From NCBI GenBank assembly GCA_963976765.1, contig CAXBME010000024.1:1-64000 (forward strand): a DNA stretch of 64,000 nucleotides, read 5' to 3'. Numbering within the stretch: position 1 is the stretch's first letter; the number at the start of each line of letters is the position of its first letter. The notes under the pieces were generated by a model. That model was not told the DNA's origin and ran no database searches. It worked only from the letters and a program-made list of their open reading frames with translations. The DNA is from an uncultured Planctomycetaceae bacterium (GTDB lineage Bacteria; Planctomycetota; Planctomycetia; Planctomycetales; Planctomycetaceae). Positions 55,434 through 64,000 of the stretch are shown piece after piece. The position numbers and the translations under genes are program-made.

Positions 55434-56774
55434 TTAACCCCGTTCGAAGATTGCCAGCGTGTCGGTGATGCTGTTTCGATGGACGAGTACGACGGCGGTG
55501 TCTCCGGCTTTCAACTGGTCGTCTGCGCCCGGAACACTGACAAAGTCTTCGCGAACCATCGCAGCGATCAGGCAACCGGGTAACGAAACATCTTTCAGTG
55601 GCGCCTTGGTCACGGGAGCCCCCTCGACAATTTCAACTTCCCAGACCTCGGCGTCGCCTTTGGAGATTCCGGAGCCGGCAATGATGACTCCGCCCTGCAC
55701 CATTCCCAGGATCTGCCTGGATGTTACTTCGCGCGGGCTGACAGCCACGTCGATCCCCAATCGCTCCAGCACGTTGGCGTAGTCGGGCCGTCGAACTACC
55801 GACAGAATTCGCGAGCAACCCAGCTCGCGAGCCTCGACGCCGCAGACAATGTTGTCTTCGTCACGGCCTGTCGCGGCGACAAAGATTTCTGCTTTCCCAA
55901 CGCGTGCTTCCTGCATTTCGACCTGCCGGGTCACGTCTGCATGCAGAACCGTCGTTCCGGTCAGTCGTTGAGCAAGGTATTCGCAACGTTCGGCGTCAGC
56001 TTCCATCAGGACCGTATTGAAACGCCCCTTCTGCAGCAGCCGAGCAAGGTTAAAACCGATTTCGCCGCCGCCAGCGATGATGACATTCAGCTTCGGTGGT
56101 GGTCGGTGTTCAAAGTAGTCCTTTTTGACTTTGTCCAATGCTTCGAGAGTTCCGAACAACGTGACATGGTCGCCGGGGTGAATGATGTCGTTTGCTCCGG
56201 CAATGATGCAGCGGTCTTCGCTGGAGATCAGTCCGATTCTTACGTTCTTGGGCAGCTTCAATTCTCTGAGTGGAATCCCGGCGCCTTTCGATCCCGGGTC
56301 GACGGCAAACTCCTGAACTTCAATACCGCCCCTGGCGAAATTTTCGACAGCAAACAGCGTTGGCGTCCTGATCGCTCGAGCCAGTTCCAGTGCCGTGAGG
56401 TATTCCAGGCTCAGCAGTTGATCAATTCCGAAGTGTCGCCGGTAATCGAAAGTGCTGGTGTCCAGGTACGCCTGATCGAAAACGCGAGCGAGGCTTCGCT
56501 TGGCACCCATCGATTTGGCAATGCTGGCACCGACCAGGTTCACCTCGTCCAGCGACGTTACGGCCAGCACGAGGTCGGCACTCAGGACTCCCGCCTGAAA
56601 CAGCACGATCGAATCACAGGCCGATCCACACAGGGTTCGCACATCCAGCCGCTCTTCAACGAGCGACAACGCTTCTCTCGACGAGTCAACCAGACAGACG
56701 TTGTGGTGACTGGCGCAAAGCAGTTCCGCGATCGAAGTCCCGACAGTTCCTGCTCCAAAGATGACGATGTTCAT
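55434..56774 (-). CDS. trkA: Trk potassium uptake NAD-binding subunit
   Basis: Two RCK_N/RCK_C pairs: [40 protein letters not shown]; 446 aa. Confidence 0.95.
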   Translation of the reverse strand: MNIVIFGAGTVGTSIAELLCASHHNVCLVDSSREALSLVEERLDVRTLCGSACDSIVLFQAGVLSADLVLAVTSLDEVNLVGASIAKSMGAKRSLARVFDQAYLDTSTFDYRRHFGIDQLLSLEYLTALELARAIRTPTLFAVENFARGGIEVQEFAVDPGSKGAGIPLRELKLPKNVRIGLISSEDRCIIAGANDIIHPGDHVTLFGTLEALDKVKKDYFEHRPPPKLNVIIAGGGEIGFNLARLLQKGRFNTVLMEADAERCEYLAQRLTGTTVLHADVTRQVEMQEARVGKAEIFVAATGRDEDNIVCGVEARELGCSRILSVVRRPDYANVLERLGIDVAVSPREVTSRQILGMVQGGVIIAGSGISKGDAEVWEVEIVEGAPVTKAPLKDVSLPGCLIAAMVREDFVSVPGADDQLKAGDTAVVLVHRNSITDTLAIFERG

Positions 56775-56902
56775 TGCAACTCAAATTCTTCTCGAAGTCC
56801 GTTTCAGTCTTTCGAATCGGCGGGAGAATAAACACTGGACGATCGCGTCAACAGGCTGAGCGATAAACTCTGAGTCCTGTTGGACGTGTTTCTCGTACGT
56901 GT

Positions 56903-58024
<1,122 letters not shown>

Positions 58025-58064
58025 TGTTCTCTCCAGACTTCGTCAGGCGGAGCCTGACCTGCGG

Positions 58065-58538
58065 TTAGATGCGGTGTTCGGGCGGAGTTTCTGGATTGAG
58101 CGTCGTTACCGGTCGGTCGGGGAGATCGGCGAGCGATGAGAGCTGTTCCGGGTTTGTTAACTCGGCAGAGACCACCTGGTCGATATTGTGCGGGCCGCTT
58201 TGTTCCGAGTGGCCGTCTTCGCCGGCAACGGTCAGGACTAACTCACCGCGTGACGATTCGCGGTTGTCAGGGTAGCCGACGATTGACTCTCCACTTGCAA
58301 GTTGAATGCGGACTTCCAGCGTTTCATTCACGCCGGGCAGTCGTTCGTGAACCAGGCATGGGAAGCGGCTCCAGGCCCATGTCCATAGAGTCATGGCGGG
58401 ATCGACTCGGCCGGCGATGTTAATCCAGTCGTGCTCGGCTTCCCGGAGGTCTTTGAAAGTCGCCTGCCGGCACCAGGGAATCAGCACGTCGCTGATCCAC
58501 TCTCGACGGGACGCGGCCATTTCCTGGAATGATTGCAT
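58065..58538 (-). CDS. Hypothetical protein
   Basis: Trp-rich globular-looking ORF in a co-oriented run. ATG 58538 chosen because the longer frame runs through a REP element. Confidence 0.7.
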   Translation of the reverse strand: MQSFQEMAASRREWISDVLIPWCRQATFKDLREAEHDWINIAGRVDPAMTLWTWAWSRFPCLVHERLPGVNETLEVRIQLASGESIVGYPDNRESSRGELVLTVAGEDGHSEQSGPHNIDQVVSAELTNPEQLSSLADLPDRPVTTLNPETPPEHRI

Positions 58539-58556
58539 GGCGGATTCCGAAAGCAC

Positions 58557-58624
58557 GTAGGGGGCGACTTGACGCACCGGGTGTTGAACCAACGTAATGG
58601 CTGGTGCGTCGAGACGCACCCTAC
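58557..58624. repeat. Intergenic GTAG-type REP doublet (REPIN-like)
   Basis: GTAGGGGGCGACTTGACGCACC ... GGTGCGTCGAGACGCACCCTAC; 19/22 complementary. Confidence 0.88.
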
Positions 58625-58629
58625 GAAGT

Positions 58630-59634
58630 CTAAGATTGTTCTTCGCGGTGGCTCGTGAAAAGTTCGGCAATGACTTCTTCGAGGGGGCGTTCCTGGACGC
58701 TGACGTCTTCGATGGTGTATCGCGAAAGGACAGACGTCAGGATTTCCGGGATGCGGTTGCGGGCCACTTCCAGTTTGGCTCGCGGAGCTCTCGCATCGAA
58801 AACTCGACCGTACTGATCGAGATCCTCGGGGATGGTCGCCCCGGCAAACTGCAGCTCGATAATTTTAAACTGACTGAAGCGATCCACGATGTCTGCAATC
58901 GGGCCGTCGTGTTTCAACTCGCCCTCGTTGATGATGATCGCCCGCTGGCAGAGAGCTTCAACATCCTTCATGTAATGGCTGGTCAGGATGACCGTAATGC
59001 CCTGCTCTTTCTGGTAATGCTTGAGGAATTCCTGCACGCGCCGCTGCGACACGACATCCAGACCGATCGTCGGCTCGTCGAGCAGCAGCACATCCGGGCG
59101 GTGCAGCAGAGCAGCGATCAGCTCCATTCGCATTCGCTCGCCGAGCGACAACTCACGCACCGGCTGGCCGATCAGTTTTTTGACTTCGAGCATCTCGGTC
59201 AGCTCGGCCATCCGCTTGTCAAAGTCGTCGTGCGGAATGCGGTAGATCTCTTTGTGCAGCCGGAACGATTCCTGGGCGGGCAGGTCCCACCACAGTTGAT
59301 TCTTCTGCCCCATCACCAGCGAAAACCGTCGACGATAAGCGTTCTCACGATGCCACGGCACGTGACCGAGAACGGTCGCTTCGCCGGACGTTGGATAGAT
59401 CAAACCTGAAAGGAGCTTCAGCGTCGTTGTCTTGCCAGCGCCGTTCGGTCCGAGGAAGGCGACCATCTCGCCCGAGTCAATTTGGAACGAAACGTCGCGA
59501 ACGGCTTCGACGGTTTTGAACTCGCGGTTGAACAAACCTTTGAGCGACGCTGCCAGCCCTTCGCGTTTGCGATAGACACGGTACTGCTTCGTCAGTCCCG
59601 TAGCCTTAATGGCAATGTCAGTTTCCGCAGGCAT
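58630..59634 (-). CDS. ABC-2-type transporter ATP-binding protein
   Basis: [44 protein letters not shown]. Confidence 0.94.
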   Translation of the reverse strand: MPAETDIAIKATGLTKQYRVYRKREGLAASLKGLFNREFKTVEAVRDVSFQIDSGEMVAFLGPNGAGKTTTLKLLSGLIYPTSGEATVLGHVPWHRENAYRRRFSLVMGQKNQLWWDLPAQESFRLHKEIYRIPHDDFDKRMAELTEMLEVKKLIGQPVRELSLGERMRMELIAALLHRPDVLLLDEPTIGLDVVSQRRVQEFLKHYQKEQGITVILTSHYMKDVEALCQRAIIINEGELKHDGPIADIVDRFSQFKIIELQFAGATIPEDLDQYGRVFDARAPRAKLEVARNRIPEILTSVLSRYTIEDVSVQERPLEEVIAELFTSHREEQS

Positions 59635-59744
59635 GTCGGTTCACAAGTTGTTGAGAAGTCCCAACCCAAGAGTGTCTGAAAAGTCCCCACCGCCCACCAT
59701 TTCGAACTCACGAGCGGCAGGTCGAGCAATCCGCCCTCGGGCGG

Positions 59745-60575
59745 TTAGATGGTTTGAGCGAGGAAGCCGCCGTCGACGATGATGTTTTCACCAGTGATGA
59801 AACTGCCAGCGTTGGGAGCAGCCATCAGAACAACGGCTCCGGCGAGTTCGTGCGGCACACCGAACGGGCTGCGCGGGTCGTCGCCAAGCTGCCGGCTTGT
59901 TGGAGTGTGTTTGCGGATGCTTTCCACGCGTTCCGGAGTCAGGACCTTGCGGTTCTGCTCTGCCGGGAAGAAGCCAGGTGACAGAGCGTTGACCCGAATG
60001 CCGTACTGAGCGAACTCGCGTCCCAGATTCTGCGTGAGGTTAACGACCGCGCCCTTTGATGCCGAGTAAGTGAAGACTCGCGACAAAGGAACCACACCGC
60101 TGAGCGACGCAATGTTGATGATCGAACCTTTGGTTCCACGATCGACCATGTCTTTGCCGAAAACCTGACAGGCCAGACGCACAGCTCGCAGGTTGGTGTT
60201 GAGAATGTTGTCCCACTCTTCGTCGGTGATGTCGAAGAAGGGCGTTGCCGAGTTTGTCCCCGCGCCGTTGACCAGAACGTTGGTCTCTCGCCCGGCGGCT
60301 TTCAGGTGAGCGACGATTGCTTCCAGGTCTTCTCGACTCGTGCTGTCTGCCTTGACGAATTCCGATGAGCCTCCAGCATCAACAATCTTGTCGACAATCG
60401 TCTTGCCGGTTTCTTCATCCGTTTTCAGCGTTCGTCCGACGACGACGACATGAGCACCCGCTCCGCCGAGGGCTTCGCAGAACGCCCCGCCAAGGACACC
60501 CGTCCCGCCGATCACGACTGCGGTTAATCCGTCGAGGTTAAACAGCTTGTGCAGATAATCAGATGATGCAGTCAC
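59745..60575 (-). CDS. Short-chain dehydrogenase/reductase (sugar-acid reductase-like)
   Basis: VIGGTGVLG, LVNGAG, NIAS, YSASK, RVNALSPG, VDGG. Confidence 0.92.
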   Translation of the reverse strand: MTASSDYLHKLFNLDGLTAVVIGGTGVLGGAFCEALGGAGAHVVVVGRTLKTDEETGKTIVDKIVDAGGSSEFVKADSTSREDLEAIVAHLKAAGRETNVLVNGAGTNSATPFFDITDEEWDNILNTNLRAVRLACQVFGKDMVDRGTKGSIINIASLSGVVPLSRVFTYSASKGAVVNLTQNLGREFAQYGIRVNALSPGFFPAEQNRKVLTPERVESIRKHTPTSRQLGDDPRSPFGVPHELAGAVVLMAAPNAGSFITGENIIVDGGFLAQTI

Positions 60576-60704
60576 GTTCGTCGTTTCCTTTCCCGCAATG
60601 AGTCACGTTCTCAACGGCGGACTCAAAGCAGCAGAAGTATGTCAAGGTTTTAGCAACGAATTGCCTTTGGTTTTGCAGTTGAAGCGGCCAACTTAGCCAC
60701 GGCA

Positions 60705-60790
60705 GCAGGCTGGAACAAGCGCAGCGAATTTTCGGCATTCTTGGTGCGAGTTTCGCCGGAACTACGCTGCGCTTGGTCCGGCCAGCCTAC
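60705..60790. repeat. Decayed GTAG-type REP doublet downstream of thrS
   Basis: GCAGGCTGGAACAAGCGCAGCGAATTTTCGGC ... GCCGGAACTACGCTGCGCTTGGTCCGGCCAGCCTAC; arms largely complementary; CTAC end intact, GTAG changed to GCAG. Confidence 0.7.
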
Positions 60791-60807
60791 GCTGTCTCAA
60801 CGATGGT

Positions 60808-63015
60808 TCAATACTCGTTCTGCTCGCCGGTGTCCGCGTCGAAAGAGCGGAAGCTGGATTTGACGGCCTGGCGGACGACTCGATTTTTGACCTCTTCTTT
60901 CAGCTTCGCGATTGCTTCGTCGATGGGCATCATGCCGAGGTCGGTGCCGCCGGTGTCTGATTCGGAAATGCGGTCCCGGACGGAAACGGCGTTCTCGGCT
61001 TCGTCTTTCGGACCAACGACCAGCATGTACGGAATCAGCTCGATCTGAGCGTCGCGGATCTTTGCGTTGACCTTCGCACTGCGAGTGTCCGTCGAGACTC
61101 GGAAGCCTTCGGCTCGCAAACGGGCTTCGACTTTCTTCGCGTAGTCGACCGTCTTGTCAGTGACCGGACAAATTCGAATCTGCTCAGGAGCCAGCCACAG
61201 CGGGAACGCTCCGGCAAAGTGTTCGATGAGCATGCCAACAAAGCGTTCCATCGAGCCGAATGGTGCCCGGTGAATCATGACCGGACGATGGGATTTATTA
61301 TCCGCGCCGGTGTATTCCAGTTCGAACCGTTCGGGCAGGTTGTAGTCAAGCTGGACGGTTCCAAGCTGCCATTCGCGGCCGATGCAGTCTCGAACCATGA
61401 AGTCGGCTTTCGGACCGTAGAACGCGGCTTCGCCTTCGCACTCGGTAAAGTTCAGACCGGAGTCGACCAGCACTTTGCGGAGCGTTTCTTCGGCTGCATC
61501 CCACAACTCGGGCGAACCGACGTACTTGTCGGAATTCGGATCGCGTTTCGAAAGCTGCACTCGATAGTCGTCCAGACCGACGGCGTCGAGCACGAACTTG
61601 ACCAGATCGAGCGTGTCTTTGAATTCGTCTTCAACCTGCTCGGGAGTGCAGAACAGGTGAGCGTCGTCCTGCGTCAGACCGCGAACTCGGAGGAGCCCGT
61701 TCAGTTCGCCGGACTGTTCGTGTCGATAAACCGTGCCGAACTCAGCCAGACGGACCGGCAGGTCGCGGTAGCTTCGCTGCTGCGACTTATACATCTGCAC
61801 GTGATGCGGGCAGTTCATCGGCTTGAGCAGGTATCGTTCCTGACCATGCTCCCAGTTGTGCAGAATCTTTGCTTTCTCGTCGGTTGAACCGGCTTTCAAC
61901 GCGTCGCTCGCGCAGCCGCAGCCGAGCAGTTCAGCGGTGCGCCCGATTTGCTGCTCGTCTTCGGTGCTCAGTTCGTCGTCCTGGAGTTTCTGCTTCCAGT
62001 AGTCGACAAGCTGCCCGGCATTGTGACCGAAGATCGGAGCAAACTGCGAATCCCGGTAGTACGGAAAGTGGCCGCTGGTTTCGTAAAGTTCGGCGCGACC
62101 GATGTGTGGTGAGTAGACCGGCTGATAACCGCGAGCCATCAGTTCCTTTTTGATGAAGTCTTCGAGCAGCGCTCGGATCGTGGCCCCCTTCGGCAACCAG
62201 AGACTCAGCCCCTGGCCGACTTCCTGGCTGATGCTGAACAGGCCGAGCTGCTTACCGAGGACTCGATGGTCGCGTCGGCGGGCTTCCTCAAGCTGGGCGA
62301 GAAACTCCTTCTGGTCGTTCTTGCTGAAGAACGCAGTTCCGTACAGCCGCTGAAGATGTTTATTGTCGGCGTCTCCTTTCCAGTACGCGCCGGCAACGCT
62401 CAGTAGTTTGAACGCTTTGATTCTGCCGGCGTCCGGAATGTGCGGGCCGCGGCAGAGGTCCACGAACTCGCCCTGCCGGTAGAAGCTGAGTTCACCGTGG
62501 TCGGCAAGGCCGGTTTCGATGTGCTCGCACTTGAGCTCCTGATTCAGATCCCCGCAGAACTTCAGCGCTTCGTCACGGTTCATGTAGAAGCGTTCGAACG
62601 GCTCGGCTTCCTTGACGATCTTCTTCATCTCGGCTTCGATCTTCGGAAAGTCGTCATCGCTGATCGGCGTTTGCAGATCGAAGTCGTAGTAGAAGCCGGT
62701 GCCGGTGGTCGGTCCGAATGCCAGGCCGACGCCTTTGTAAAGCCGCATGACCGCTCGGGCCATGACGTGCGCACACGAATGACGCAGCACTCCCAGAGCG
62801 GCGGCATCGCGAGTCGTGATCAGTTTTAAGTTGACCGGCTGACCGTCCACCTGAAGTTCTTCCAGCGGACGCATGGCGTCGACGATGGTGTCGTTGACTT
62901 CGGCAGCGACCGTTGCCAGCGCAAGCCTTTCGCCGATCGACGCGGCGACGTCCAGAGCCGTGGTTCCGGCGTCAAATTCCTTGCTCGTTCCGTCGGGAAG
63001 GTTGACCTGAATCAT
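60808..63015 (-). CDS. thrS: Threonine--tRNA ligase
   Basis: TGS domain, [55 protein letters not shown], anticodon-binding domain. Confidence 0.98.
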   Translation of the reverse strand: MIQVNLPDGTSKEFDAGTTALDVAASIGERLALATVAAEVNDTIVDAMRPLEELQVDGQPVNLKLITTRDAAALGVLRHSCAHVMARAVMRLYKGVGLAFGPTTGTGFYYDFDLQTPISDDDFPKIEAEMKKIVKEAEPFERFYMNRDEALKFCGDLNQELKCEHIETGLADHGELSFYRQGEFVDLCRGPHIPDAGRIKAFKLLSVAGAYWKGDADNKHLQRLYGTAFFSKNDQKEFLAQLEEARRRDHRVLGKQLGLFSISQEVGQGLSLWLPKGATIRALLEDFIKKELMARGYQPVYSPHIGRAELYETSGHFPYYRDSQFAPIFGHNAGQLVDYWKQKLQDDELSTEDEQQIGRTAELLGCGCASDALKAGSTDEKAKILHNWEHGQERYLLKPMNCPHHVQMYKSQQRSYRDLPVRLAEFGTVYRHEQSGELNGLLRVRGLTQDDAHLFCTPEQVEDEFKDTLDLVKFVLDAVGLDDYRVQLSKRDPNSDKYVGSPELWDAAEETLRKVLVDSGLNFTECEGEAAFYGPKADFMVRDCIGREWQLGTVQLDYNLPERFELEYTGADNKSHRPVMIHRAPFGSMERFVGMLIEHFAGAFPLWLAPEQIRICPVTDKTVDYAKKVEARLRAEGFRVSTDTRSAKVNAKIRDAQIELIPYMLVVGPKDEAENAVSVRDRISESDTGGTDLGMMPIDEAIAKLKEEVKNRVVRQAVKSSFRSFDADTGEQNEY

Positions 63016-63215
63016 GATGTTGGCTTGTGTTCGTGGTTTACGGATGTGGTGAGAACGGCATCAGGAAACTGTCGCCGGATACTGATTCGGCGGTTTTTAT
63101 CGCATCGGACCGAGCCAGACCAGTACCGGTTCGGACTAAGTAATGGTCCCACGAATTAAGGATTGAAATTCGAAAGCTCAACCCACGAGTTTTTGCGAAC
63201 CGGATGACGATTCCT

Positions 63216-64000
63216 TTAGTGTTCCGGGCGGATCAGGCGAACAGCCAGAGCCAGGCGGGAGTCGTCTTCGGGGAGGACGCTGCGGATGTCGAGCAGGACT
63301 TCGTCGTTGTGAATGCGGGCAAAGACGCCGATGCGACCAGTGCGGAGCCGGACGGCCAGGTCGTCCGCTGAGAGTTTCTGATGTTTCATGGCGATGACGA
63401 CGGTGGGCAGCTCGACGGCCGGCAGCGAACCGCCGCCGACCTGAGCAACGTCGTCTCGGATACTGAGTTGCAGGCCGGGAACGTCGGCGATTTCTTCCTT
63501 GATGGCTTCCGCACGCGTTTGCAGTTCTTCGGTTGTGGCAAAGAGCATTGCCTGTGTGGGGATCTCGGACCGAGCTTCGTCGCGAACGTACGAGTCCAGC
63601 GTTGCGCCGAGCGCTGCCAGCGTCAGCTTTCCAACTCGAACGGCTCGAGCCAGTGGATGGTTGCGAATTTTTGCGACACACTCGTTAGTGCCGACGATAA
63701 TTCCGCACTGTGGACCACCGAGCAGTTTGTCTCCGCTGCCAAGTACCACGTCCGCGCCGGCGTCGATGCTGTGCTGAAAAGTTGGCTCGTAAGGAAGGCC
63801 GGCTTCTCTGGTGTCGAACATGGCTCCGCTGCCGATGTCGTCGATGGCGATGATGCCGTGCTGTCTGGCAAGAGTGAACATGTCAGCTTCGTCCGGCTTT
63901 GAAGCGAACCCGACGACGCGATAGTTCGACGGATGCACGTGCATGATCGCGGCGGTGTCCGGGCCGATGGCTTTTTCGTAGTCCTTAAGGCTGGTCCGGT
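63216..64000 (-). CDS. selA: L-seryl-tRNA(Sec) selenium transferase, 5' part outside the window
   Basis: VHPSNY..VGF, DDIGSG, SGDKLLGGPQCGII (PLP lysine), HPLARAVRV.K, VGGGSLP; frame stays open to the window edge. Confidence 0.93.
   Translation of the reverse strand, partial: RTSLKDYEKAIGPDTAAIMHVHPSNYRVVGFASKPDEADMFTLARQHGIIAIDDIGSGAMFDTREAGLPYEPTFQHSIDAGADVVLGSGDKLLGGPQCGIIVGTNECVAKIRNHPLARAVRVGKLTLAALGATLDSYVRDEARSEIPTQAMLFATTEELQTRAEAIKEEIADVPGLQLSIRDDVAQVGGGSLPAVELPTVVIAMKHQKLSADDLAVRLRTGRIGVFARIHNDEVLLDIRSVLPEDDSRLALAVRLIRPEH

Noticed and set aside
58539..58670. N-terminal extension of the 201-aa ORF
   Set aside because: Runs through an intergenic REP and overlaps the ABC gene; probably untranslated, so not counted as an in-frame REP insertion.
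63016..63215. T-box or attenuator in the thrS leader
   Set aside because: Only a modest hairpin whose T-run is on the wrong strand; no T-box consensus seen.

Overview
A 64-kb window of GC-rich bacterial chromosome. It is most consistent with a planctomycete (inference from a LEPR-XLL-type N-terminal motif, a PQQ-like propeller, a ThuA-like secreted protein, giant membrane proteins and the palindromic repeat types). It carries tRNA-His, about 32 protein genes and several palindromic repeats. Most genes are housekeeping, transport or regulatory (map, csrA, speD, folD, trkA, thrS, partial selA, lactate permease, RND pump, TolC-MacA-MacB-like pump, two-component pair). Three loci stand out. (1) A solitary 1313-aa NLR-like STAND NTPase-TPR-TIR gene (31616-35557) whose loops contain four unrelated palindromic DNA elements read through in frame, plus a low-GC domain cassette. 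(2) A 12-kb two-gene operon (42978-54922) built from three homologous modules, each with five beta-rich periplasmic domains and three TM helices, preceded by a sigma-54-like promoter. (3) An extracellular metzincin-like protease fused to tandem GlcG/HbpS haem-binding domains, with a small secreted partner. The left edge, just 3' of tRNA-His, looks like an integrative-element junction. All calls come from reading motifs by eye; no searches were run.
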